DNA from: Fervidobacterium sp.
GTDB lineage: Bacteria > Thermotogota > Thermotogae > Thermotogales > Fervidobacteriaceae
Direction: 5' to 3'
DNA length: 43,864 bases
NCBI GenBank assembly: GCA_039630255.1
Contig: JBCNVJ010000213.1
Coordinates: 1-43,864 of the forward strand
This document shows positions 19,161 to 28,800 of this stretch, in pieces (position 1 is the first letter of the stretch; every line of letters begins with the position of its first letter). The position numbers and the translations under genes are program-made. Under the pieces are notes generated by a model. It ran no database searches and had not been told where the DNA came from. It saw nothing but the letters and a program-made list of their open reading frames with translations.

Positions 19161-19268
19161 TTAGAAAATTATATCTACCAATCTTTTACGCAACGTACTC
19201 CAATTTGGGTTGTCCAATAGCACAGTGATATTAATATATATTTTTAAATTATTCACCTGTTTATCCAT
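19161..19268 (-). CDS. Putative 35-aa leader peptide (uORF) of the ABC exporter operon
   Basis: RBS AAAAGGGGGG, then ATG: MDKQVNNLKIYINITVLLDNPNWSTLRKRLVDIIF*; ends 30 nt before the terminator stem; absent from the ORF track. Confidence 0.7.
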   Translation of the reverse strand: MDKQVNNLKIYINITVLLDNPNWSTLRKRLVDIIF

Positions 19269-19326
19269 CGGACAACCCCCCTTTTGTATGTTTTTACTCG
19301 AATCCTTCGTAATACGAACTATTTAT

Positions 19327-19354
19327 ATTTTACTCTTGATGTTTAAAAAGTCAA
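19327..19354 (-). promoter_or_regulatory. sigma70 promoter of the leader/ABC exporter operon
   Basis: Minus strand TTGACT-N16-TAAAAT. Confidence 0.7.
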
Positions 19355-19483
19355 TATATTTTCCTAAACTGTTTTCTGTACATATCAGTAGATTAAAATT
19401 TTGCACTGTTTTTCAAGCTATTAGATCGGTTTTGAACTTGTTACAAACAAAAAATAAATATCCAGATCATTGTTTCTTTCCTA

Positions 19484-19512
19484 TTTACACACGGTAAGTA
19501 TTGTGATAAAAT
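19484..19512 (+). promoter_or_regulatory. sigma70 promoter of the suf operon
   Basis: TTTACA-N17-TAAAAT with an extended -10 TG. Confidence 0.6.
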
Positions 19513-19590
19513 ACAATTAGGCAAAACTAACTTCATAAAGAAGCCAACATAGAATGAAAAGCATATAATAAACTTTTGGAGGTGTGTGAA

Positions 19591-20343
19591 ATGTTGTTAG
19601 AGGTGAAGAATTTAACGGCAAAACTAGTGGAAGGAGAAAAGCTTATATTGAAAGGTGTTGACTTGGTTGTAAATCCGTCAGAAGTACATGTCATAATGGG
19701 ACCAAACGGATCCGGTAAGTCTACTTTGGCAAATGTAATTATGGGAAATCCTAAGTACGAAGTAACTTCTGGAGATATTATCTTTGAAGGTGAATCAATT
19801 CTCCAACTCAAAACAGATGAAAGAGCAAGAAAAGGTATAATGATGACGTTCCAAAACCCTTATGAGATAGAAGGAGTAAAACTTGAACAACTTCTTTTGA
19901 TTGCATACAGAAAGTTGCATGGTGAGGACAAGACGTTTTTCCAACTTGATAGGGAGATGAAAAACCTTGCTGCCGAAGTGGGACTTTCTTATGAATTTTT
20001 TGAAAGATTTGTTAACCTTGGGTTTTCTGGTGGAGAAAGGAAAAAAGGGGAAATATTGCAGGCAAGATTTTTAAAACCAAAGTTATTGATTTTAGATGAA
20101 ATCGATTCCGGTCTTGATGTTGATGCACTAAGGCTTGTTGCAAATCAAATAAATAAGATAAAGGAAGAAGGTACCTCATTACTAATTATAACCCACTATT
20201 CAAGAGTTTTGAATTACATCGATGTTGATAAGGTACATGTATACGTTGATGGTAAAGTGGCTTTAACTGGTGACAAATCCCTTGCTTACGAAGTTGAAGA
20301 AACCGGTTACGCAATAGTTAATGATACACACAATGGTAAGTAA
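19591..20343 (+). CDS. sufC: Fe-S cluster assembly ATPase SufC
   Basis: MGPNGSGKST, GFSGGERK and LDEIDSGLDVDAL motifs; ATG 19591 behind GGAGGTG. Confidence 0.95.
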   Translation: MLLEVKNLTAKLVEGEKLILKGVDLVVNPSEVHVIMGPNGSGKSTLANVIMGNPKYEVTSGDIIFEGESILQLKTDERARKGIMMTFQNPYEIEGVKLEQLLLIAYRKLHGEDKTFFQLDREMKNLAAEVGLSYEFFERFVNLGFSGGERKKGEILQARFLKPKLLILDEIDSGLDVDALRLVANQINKIKEEGTSLLIITHYSRVLNYIDVDKVHVYVDGKVALTGDKSLAYEVEETGYAIVNDTHNGK

Positions 20344-20362
20344 ATGTAAGGAGGGATAATAA

Positions 20363-21771
20363 ATGAGTGATTTTAACGAATTACTTTACGAATTAAAACG
20401 GAGAGAAAATTTTGAGTTGAAATTAAATGTATCTGCCGCATTGAGACTTCCTGCAGGTTTAGATAAAAATCTTGTGTATGAAATTTCCAAAGCAAAGGAT
20501 GAACCAGAATGGATGTTGGATCACAGAATAAAATCATTTGAAATATTTGAAAAATGGCATGAACCTGACTGGGGTGTCGATCGAAGTGAGCTTGATCTTT
20601 CTAAGATAGTGCCATATGTAAAACCTAATGCAAAGAAAACAACAACGTGGGAAGAAGTACCGCAAGAAATCAAAGAAGCATTTGATAGACTTGGTATTCC
20701 TGAAGCAGAGAGAAAATATTTAGCTGGCGTTGGTGCTCAGTTTGACTCTGAAATGGTTTATAAAAACATTAAAGAGGAACTTAAAAAATTAGGTGTCATA
20801 TTTGTCGATATTGAAACAGCTGTTAAGGAATATCCAGAACTTGTGAAAGAATATTTTATGAAGCTTGTTCCTCCAACGGATAACAAGTATGCTGCCTTGC
20901 ACGGTGCTCTTTGGAGCGGTGGTACGTTCCTTTATGTCCCAAAAGGTGTTAAAGTGCCTTTGCCATTACAATCTTATTTTTTGTTTGGCAATCCTGGAGG
21001 CGGGCAATTTGAGCATTCCGTTATAATCGCAGATGAAGGGAGCGAGGTCACTTACATAGAAGGATGTACAGCACCTAAGTACGATGTTGTAAATCTTCAC
21101 GTAGGTACTGTTGAGGTTTATGTTAAGAAGGGAGCCAAATTAAAATACCTTACTATGCAAAACTGGAGCAAAAACATGTTTAATCTTGAGATAAAGCGTG
21201 CAATAGCCGAAGATGATGCTGTCATGACTTGGGTGTCTGGTTCTTTTGGAAGCTACAAAACCATGGTTTATCCAGCTACCATATTGAAAGGGGATAACTC
21301 TGTCTCTGAAAATGTTTCGATATCATTTGCCGGTCCTGGTCAACATATTGATACTGGTTCAAAAGTAATTCACATAGGTAGGAACACCCGCTCTACAGTC
21401 GACTCAAGAAGCATAAGTATAGGTGGAGGTGGTCTTTTTACAGAGGACTTCTCAAGATAATGGAAGGTGCACGCGGCTCAAAAGCAACAGTAAGTTGTAC
21501 AGGTTTAATGATAGATAACAAATCAAAAAGTGATACCGTGCCTATTATAGAAGTATACAATACAGACTCTGATGTTGGACACGAAGCAAAAATCGGTAGA
21601 ATAAAAGATGAGCAAATTTTTTACTTAATGGCTAGAGGTTTAAGTGAACTTGAAGCCAAAGGGTTGATTGTTAAAGGTTTTATACAACCAGTTGTCCAAC
21701 AGCTACCTTTCGAGTATGCTATAGAACTAAACAGACTTGTTGAGATGGAAATTGAATCATCCATTGGTTGA
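20363..21771 (+). pseudogene. sufB: Fe-S cluster assembly protein SufB, split by a 1-nt frameshift near 21429 (sequence error or real)
   Basis: ORF1 (EISKAKDEPEWM, AGVGAQFDSE, YIEGCTAP, QNWS) and ORF2 (SDTVP, HEAKIG, FYLMARGL, LPFEYAIELNRL) join via ...SISIGGG/WSFYRGLLKIMEGA if one base is added. Confidence 0.85.
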
Positions 21772-21807
21772 TAATAAATTTAATCTTTTTTAGTAGGAGG
21801 CAAGAAC

Positions 21808-22929
21808 ATGGAAAGAACCTTACGTTTACAGCACCAAAACATGCGTGCAATAACCCCTCAAAGAAAGACTATAGATTCAATCGATTACACAGTAGACGAT
21901 TTTAAACCAAGTGGAAATAATCTGCTTGATGAATGGCGTATAAGAAGGCTATCAGAATATTTGACTTACAAATTCCCTCTGTGGAAACGAACGGGTCTAA
22001 AGGAATTTAAGATTAATGAACCAAAAAACTACAAAGGATTGGAAAACATAGACGAAAGTGCTCTTGAATTACTTGAGAGACTTGATTTTGAGGGTTCTGA
22101 TAGAAAATTTGTTCTCCTTGCAGATGTATTTTCTTCAAGTGGAGGTTATTTTACTGTACAAGAAGATAAAACGATGATAGTTAGTCAATTTGATCAATAC
22201 GATAACATGCTTGTAGATATCAAGTCTGGTACTTTAACTTTGATAAGGGTAATCGAAAAGTCATCTTTTATCGGAAATTTGAGAATAAATATTCAACAAG
22301 GTGCGTGTCTTAATCTTTATAACCTTTACATTGCAAACGGAGAGTTTTTAAATTCAAATGTTTTCATAAACGCAGAAAGGAATTCAAAAGCTTATGTTAA
22401 AGATTTTTATTTTGGTGGTAGAATTAACAGTGGATATTTTGGTATAATGTTAAGTGGAGAGGAAGCTTACGCAGAAGTTAGACCTTATTATTTGGCGAGC
22501 AAGAAAAATATTATAGACATACTTTATCTGATGAGGTTCTATGCACCAAAAACTTATGGTGTTGTAGATTCAAAAGGCGTGCTGGACAACGAATCAAAGG
22601 TCGTGTTTCGTGGTATTATGGATATACTGAGTGGTTCAAAGGAAGCAGAAGCACATCAAAGCAACCATGCTATTTTAATTTCACAAAAGGCAAAGATAGA
22701 AGCAATACCAAGCTTAATGGTTGATGAAAATGACGTTGTTGCTTCACACGCTGCAAGCAGTTCTCCTATAGATGAATCAATGTTATTCTATTTGATGACC
22801 AGAGGTATACCTGAAAGTGATGCACGGAAGATGATTGTTCGTGGTGTATTCGAATCATTCAAACAAGAGTTAACGAAATACGGCTTAGAAGGGGTTGTTG
22901 AGCGTGTACTCAACAGTGTGGTCGGATGA
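21808..22929 (+). CDS. sufD: Fe-S cluster assembly protein SufD
   Basis: KGVLD..VFRG, AIPSLMVDENDVVASHAAS and FYLMTRGIPE motifs. Confidence 0.88.
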   Translation: MERTLRLQHQNMRAITPQRKTIDSIDYTVDDFKPSGNNLLDEWRIRRLSEYLTYKFPLWKRTGLKEFKINEPKNYKGLENIDESALELLERLDFEGSDRKFVLLADVFSSSGGYFTVQEDKTMIVSQFDQYDNMLVDIKSGTLTLIRVIEKSSFIGNLRINIQQGACLNLYNLYIANGEFLNSNVFINAERNSKAYVKDFYFGGRINSGYFGIMLSGEEAYAEVRPYYLASKKNIIDILYLMRFYAPKTYGVVDSKGVLDNESKVVFRGIMDILSGSKEAEAHQSNHAILISQKAKIEAIPSLMVDENDVVASHAASSSPIDESMLFYLMTRGIPESDARKMIVRGVFESFKQELTKYGLEGVVERVLNSVVG

Positions 22930-24163
22930 AGAATTTTGTAACATAAGAAACGACTTTCCAGCACTTAGTAGACAAATAAACGGTAAAAGATTGGTTTATC
23001 TTGACAATGCAGCAAGTACACTTAAATGTAAACCTGTCATCGACAAAATGACAGAATTTTATTTGAATCACTATTCTAATATACATCGAGCTGTACATAC
23101 GCTTGCAAGCGAGGCTACTGTTGAGTATGAAAATGCAAGAGAAAAAGTTGCCAAATTCTTAAATGCTTCTGCTAATGAAATAATATTCACAAGTGGTACC
23201 ACAATGGGGATAAACTCTTTGGTTAACTCACTTATCAGAAGTGGAATTTTAAATCCAAATGATACTGTTTTATTGTCACAAGTAGAACATCATGCAAATC
23301 TTGTTCCTTGGGTAAGGTTATCAAAATTTTACCGTTACAAAATCGAGTATATTCAAGCAGATGATAAAGGAATAATTACTAATGAAAGCATACTTAGTGC
23401 AAAAAAGTATAAACCAAAAGTCGTATCAGTCACAGGTCAATCTAACGTTACCGGCCAAATAATACCTGTTGATTATATCCGAGAAATATTTAAAGATTCA
23501 ATATTGATCATTGATGGTGCACAATTGATACCACATGAAAAAATAGATGTGAAAAAATTAGATATTGATTTTCTTGTCTTCTCGGGTCATAAAATGATCG
23601 CACCAACTGGTATAGGGATAATTTATGGTAAAAAACATTTACTTGAGAAACTTGAACCATTTTTGTATGGCGGAGAGATGATAGATAAGGTTACATTTGA
23701 AGATGTAACTTTCAACATCTTGCCTTACAGATTCGAGGCAGGAACGCCGCATATTGCCGGAGCCATAGGACTTGGCTATGCAATTGATTATCTTGATTAC
23801 ATAGGTTTTGAAAAAATAAAAGAGCAAGTAAGCTGCCTATCTAAATATTTGCTCGAATCATTATTAAAGTTAGATTTTGTTGAAGTTTACGGACCATTTG
23901 ATGAATCTCATCTATCCCTTGTTTCATTTAATATCGATGGTGTACATCCGCATGATGTCTCACATATACTTGATGAAAATTTTGGAATAGCAACGCGTAG
24001 TGGTCATCATTGTGCTCAACCTTTAATGAGTATACTTAAGAGAGGTTCAAAAATTGACTTTCCAGGCTCAACTGTGCGAGCAAGTGTGTATTTTTACAAC
24101 TCAAGAGGCGATATAGATACACTCATTGAAGGGTTGAAGTACATAAAAAAATTTTTTGGATAA
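22904..24163 (+). CDS. sufS: Cysteine desulfurase SufS
   Basis: YLDNAAS, EHHAN, FSGHKM and group II RSGHHCAQP motifs; start uncertain (22895-22904). Confidence 0.93.
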   Translation: MYSTVWSDEEFCNIRNDFPALSRQINGKRLVYLDNAASTLKCKPVIDKMTEFYLNHYSNIHRAVHTLASEATVEYENAREKVAKFLNASANEIIFTSGTTMGINSLVNSLIRSGILNPNDTVLLSQVEHHANLVPWVRLSKFYRYKIEYIQADDKGIITNESILSAKKYKPKVVSVTGQSNVTGQIIPVDYIREIFKDSILIIDGAQLIPHEKIDVKKLDIDFLVFSGHKMIAPTGIGIIYGKKHLLEKLEPFLYGGEMIDKVTFEDVTFNILPYRFEAGTPHIAGAIGLGYAIDYLDYIGFEKIKEQVSCLSKYLLESLLKLDFVEVYGPFDESHLSLVSFNIDGVHPHDVSHILDENFGIATRSGHHCAQPLMSILKRGSKIDFPGSTVRASVYFYNSRGDIDTLIEGLKYIKKFFG

Positions 24164-24183
24164 TTTCCGGAGGTGGATACTTT

Positions 24184-24591
24184 GTGGTATACTCGGAATT
24201 TATAATGGATTATTCAAAGTTGAGAAAGTTTCATGGCAAAATAGAGAACGCTCACAAAGTAGAAGAAGGAAAGAACTTATCATGTGGTGACGAAATAACT
24301 TTGTATTTTCTATTTGAAGATGACAGAATAGTTGACGTGAAATTTGAAGGACATGGATGTGCAGTGAGCCAAGCATCAACAAATGTTATGATCGAACAAA
24401 TTATAGGAAAAACCGTATGGCAAGCTGTAGAACTTATAAAAAACGCTGAAAACATGGTACTTGGAAAAGAATTCGACGAATCTTTGCTCGGACCAATTGT
24501 CAATTTTTACGATGTCAAAAATTATCCAATGAGGGTCAAATGTTTTTTATTACCTTGGAAAACACTTGAACTGGCTTTAAAAAATAAGTAG
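24184..24591 (+). CDS. sufU: SUF sulfur-transfer protein SufU
   Basis: NLSCGD, GHGCAVSQAS and RVKC motifs, plus the SufU-type insertion. Confidence 0.92.
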   Translation: MVYSEFIMDYSKLRKFHGKIENAHKVEEGKNLSCGDEITLYFLFEDDRIVDVKFEGHGCAVSQASTNVMIEQIIGKTVWQAVELIKNAENMVLGKEFDESLLGPIVNFYDVKNYPMRVKCFLLPWKTLELALKNK

Positions 24592-24607
24592 TAATGGAGG
24601 TGGAAAG

Positions 24608-24967
24608 ATGAAAAAATTGATTAAAGAATTCTCTGATTTCCTGAAGCAGTACAACGTAATAGGACTGGCTGTTGCGATAATTATAGGTGGCAAACTTAAC
24701 CAGTTTGTGACTTCGTTTGTTAATGACTTTCTTATGCCCGCTATATTCCAGCCTGTGTTAATCCGCATGCATCTTGGGAGGATAGAAGAAATAAATTGGA
24801 ATGGAATATACTGGGGTAAAGTTGTATCTGCAGGTATTGATTTTTTGATAGTTGCTTTCCTTGTATTTATTCTTGTACGCTCATTAAATAAGGCTGCGGA
24901 AAAAGCAAAAGTAGCCGCTGAGCTTGCTGCTAAAAAGGTTGAAGAGAAAATTAAAAAGGATAAATAA
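24608..24967 (+). CDS. mscL: Large-conductance mechanosensitive channel
   Basis: KEF..FL..YNVIGLAVAIIIGG..VTSFVNDFLMP TM1; WG..IDFLIVAFLVF TM2. Confidence 0.85.
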   Translation: MKKLIKEFSDFLKQYNVIGLAVAIIIGGKLNQFVTSFVNDFLMPAIFQPVLIRMHLGRIEEINWNGIYWGKVVSAGIDFLIVAFLVFILVRSLNKAAEKAKVAAELAAKKVEEKIKKDK

Positions 24968-25001
24968 AAAAATCTCCAGCTTATTGGCTGGAGATTTTTT
25001 T
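24966..25001. terminator. Bidirectional intrinsic terminator
   Basis: AAAAAAATCTCCAGC-TTATTG-GCTGGAGATTTTTTT between convergent mscL and the MEMO1-family gene. Confidence 0.92.
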
Positions 25002-25014
25002 ATTAATCACTTAT

Positions 25015-25815
25015 TTAGTATAGTATGAATGAAGCATACCCAACTGTGTAAGAATAATCCTGAGAAAATTCTGCGCTCGTTGTGTGATAAATTAGGTTTA
25101 TATTATCAAAAATGCTCCTTACAACAGCAACAGGACCTGGTCCACACATAGTTATATTGTATATCTTTATACTATCATATAATCCTTCGAGGTCTGCGTT
25201 TAAAATTTTCTCTATAGCTTGCTCGTCCTTTTTAATCGTAATCTCATGAGGATCGTAATGATTGAAATCTGAAGAAGCGACTACAAGTGTTTCAGGATAC
25301 TCTTTTAGCATTTCTTTTATTTTTTCAGCTATTTTCAAAACTGTTGAAAGACGCTGATCTTTCATACATATTGGTACTATCTTAAAATCACCGAATGCAT
25401 ATTGTAATAAAGGAAGTTGTACTTCTATGGAATGTTCATAAATATGTGCCATTTCATCTTCGAATATTAAATAATTATCGATGAGTTTATTAGTCATCTC
25501 ACTATTTACTTGTAAACTTCCAAGAGGTGTCTGCCATGTACCTTCCTTCCATACAGCTATTAATTCTCCATACCCTGTGTGATTCGGTCCAAGTATTATT
25601 ATATTTTTTGGCTTCCCAAAATAAGCTGCCTTCTTGATGCCAAGTCCTGCAGTTTTACCACTGTAAACATACCCGGCGTGCGGTAGTATTAATCCAACAG
25701 GATGCTCAAAATACTTGTTCGCTGCCTTTTCATTTATAAACGCTTCACATGTCTTTTCAAGTTGTACAGGAGTTCCCGGATAAAATTTCCCAGCAACTAC
25801 AGGTTTTCTATCCAT
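25015..25815 (-). CDS. MEMO1 family protein (AmmeMemoRadiSam protein B)
   Basis: RKPVVAGKFYP, PHAGYVYSG, GPNH, EHSIEVQLP, SSDFNHY, TMCG and VGYAS motifs. Confidence 0.92.
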   Translation of the reverse strand: MDRKPVVAGKFYPGTPVQLEKTCEAFINEKAANKYFEHPVGLILPHAGYVYSGKTAGLGIKKAAYFGKPKNIIILGPNHTGYGELIAVWKEGTWQTPLGSLQVNSEMTNKLIDNYLIFEDEMAHIYEHSIEVQLPLLQYAFGDFKIVPICMKDQRLSTVLKIAEKIKEMLKEYPETLVVASSDFNHYDPHEITIKKDEQAIEKILNADLEGLYDSIKIYNITMCGPGPVAVVRSIFDNINLIYHTTSAEFSQDYSYTVGYASFILY

Positions 25816-25836
25816 AAGTTCACCCCATATTTTCGA

Positions 25837-28800
25837 TTATTTTAATTCAATTACCTTGGCTGTTAAAAATATTGTTATGTTCCTTTGCTCTACTGTTTCT
25901 TTCATTCCCCTAAACAACATTCCTATGATGGGCAAATCGCCAAGTATCGGTATCTTCCATTCTGATTTACTTTTTTCTTCTCTTGCAAGACCTCCGATTA
26001 CAATCGTCTGACCATTTTTAATAGTAATCTTTGTCTTAGCTTCCCGTTTATTTAGCTTTGGCAATCCATCGATTACTACAGAATAGTCAAAATTATTTAC
26101 TGAAGTCGTAAGTTCTAAATCAATAGTATTGTCTGAGTTTACATATGGAGTTATCTTAAGTTCAATACCACCTTCTAAATTCCTAATTTCTACATTTCTT
26201 TGTTCACCAGAACCAGAAGTTATTTTAACAGGTACGTTATCACCTATGAAGATTCGTGCTTCCTCACCACTTTTCGTCATTATATTAGGATTGGCAAGAA
26301 GTTTACTTGATCCTGAGTTACCTTTTGGGGCAAGTCCTTCTGCACTCTTGGTTTGGAACGAAATTTGTGCTTCGTTAAGGATTTTATCCAATATAGTTCC
26401 ATCGAGTATATCAATTATGTTTATATTCAGTTTTAGCCCTTCTGAACCAAATGTTAAGTAATTGCCTGATTTAAGTAAAGTAACAAGCTCTGTAGACAAA
26501 CCTGATGATTGTGATTCATCTAAGATTCGTGCTTCTATGGAAACTATCTTTGCGGTCGTAAATTCACTTATCAATCTATTTATGTCATCAACTTTTTTGG
26601 ATTAAATCAAGCAACAACAAGTCCTGCTGCAGGACTTACCATCGCTTTTCCACCGTAAAATTTGATGAGTTCTTCTACTTTGTCTGCATTTCTCGGAACA
26701 TTGAATGTGTAAGTTGTTCTAACTTTAGTTGCTTCAGGTGTTGTATCGACAATGTATACATTTCCCAACTTCTTTATAGAAATTCCATAGTTAAACATTA
26801 TAGAGTTGAACGTTTCAAAGTCAATATTGGAAACAGACATTGTTGCATTCTTTTCAAATTGTTTCGAAAAGACAACATGATACCCAAGTTCCTGAAAAAC
26901 TGTTTTAATTACCTCAGATAAGTTTTCATTGCTTATATTAATGCTTATTAATCCATCCTTTACAAACACCTTTTTTACTTCTGCAAGCTTTGCATTTTTT
27001 GATGAAATATATGTAATCCCACCTACTTCATAAAATTCAACCCACTTAGAGAAAACCTGTTTAAATGTTTCATAATCGATATCTTTAAGATAAACAGAGT
27101 TTAGAGTTACTTCTATCTTGTCTAGGTTGTAAGATTTTTTCAGCTTTAACATAACTTGTGATATTATATCACCTACATTTTTGTTTGATACATTAATTGT
27201 TATCAATCCATCTTTTACAGTTATTTCTTCTTTTTCTTCACTTTTTGCTGGTTCACCAACACCTTTTGACGGTATTGATTCAGAGATGTAATATACACTT
27301 CCCTTTTTTTCGTAAACTATGTTGTAGAAGTTTAAACTTTCCAGAAGCTGATTCAAATTAGAAACTATTATTCTCATCGAACACTGAGACTTTATTTCGT
27401 CAATGATTATTATTTCTTCGGACAACAACTTAGCAGCTTCCAGTAAAAGTTGTTTTATACTTTTATCTTTCACCTCTATTAACAATTTGTTGTCAATGAG
27501 ATTGTATTCGCTTTCCGGCTTAAATGTCTTTATTTCCTTTTCTATTCTTTCAACACTTTTTTGAGGGCCGACAAGATAAACCTTTTGACCTATTTTAAAA
27601 TACTTAACTTTTGTATCAAATATCGATATTATCGTTTCTATATCTCTTGCTTCCAAAGCTGTATTGACTGCTGTTATTGCTCCTGATCCATCACCTACTA
27701 TACCACTAACAAACTCCGTAACATTCTTTATCATTTCTTTCGTTCCTATCACAAAATACCCTTGTTGCATCTTATATGTTCTAACGTTGTATAATTCCCT
27801 TATTATTTCATCAATTTCTTGTGGATAATTCAAAAATACATACGTCTGTTCTGGTTTCATCCCTTCCACAAAACTTCTAACTTTCTTTATCTCCTCTTGT
27901 GTCCCGTAAATTATAAACCCTTGCTTAGTTTTATATGTCTCAACATTATACAATTTCTTTATCACTTGGTCTAACTCTGGGTTGTACTCAATGTATGCAT
28001 ATGTTCTCTCCGGTGCTATTTGTAATTTTGCAATTTCTTCGTTTATCTTTTCTACCTCTGCTTTATCACCTTTTATGTACAAAATTTCAGAGATTTGTTC
28101 TAAGGTTATATTTAACCCTAGTATCTTCGACAACCTTTCGATATCTTCTTTCTTGATATTTGAAGCAATTTTGAGTGTGATTACAACATCGTTAGCACCA
28201 AGACTTGAGATATATGAAATAGCTTTTTGAACATTTTCACTAAGTCCAAACACACGTGCTTTCTTTATGTTTGGGAAATATTCTACCTGTACATTGTAAA
28301 CTTTCGATATGTATTCTATGTGTGATTGATTCATCTCTACATTGGTACTAACTTCCATCGATGTATATGACAATATGTATTTTTTAGCCTGTTCCACAGA
28401 ATCTTTGCTCCCAACAATGTACACAGCATTTCCTACGTTATAAATGTTAATTTTGAATAGACTTTTTAGCATATCCAACATACCATCACTTACACGTTGC
28501 TGTACTAGTTCAATGGTCTGATTCTTATTAGCCAAGCTTTCGAGCATATTTCTTGCTTCATTTGCCAGATTTCCGTAAATTATTATCTTGTCATCCACGT
28601 TGTATACCTTAACACCGTAGATTTTCTCAACCGCGTCTTTTTCTTCGGTGCTAAATTTGTCCTCTAGAACCAGTATGTTAACACTATAACTTTTTCGAAT
28701 TTGTTCTATTTCTCTTTTCAAACTTTCTACCCTTGATTTACTCACAGTAAATATCAACAAACCGTCTCTATTTTCAACAACAGTTCCTGTCAATTTTGAA

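Noticed and set aside
19210-19497. 95-aa plus-strand ORF in the ABC/suf intergenic region
   Set aside because: TTG start without an RBS, no recognisable motifs, and it is antisense to the leader and its promoter
26607-26609. Selenocysteine read-through of the pilQ TGA
   Set aside because: No GC-rich SECIS-like hairpin follows, there is no reason for Cys/Sec here, and a frameshift would still be needed
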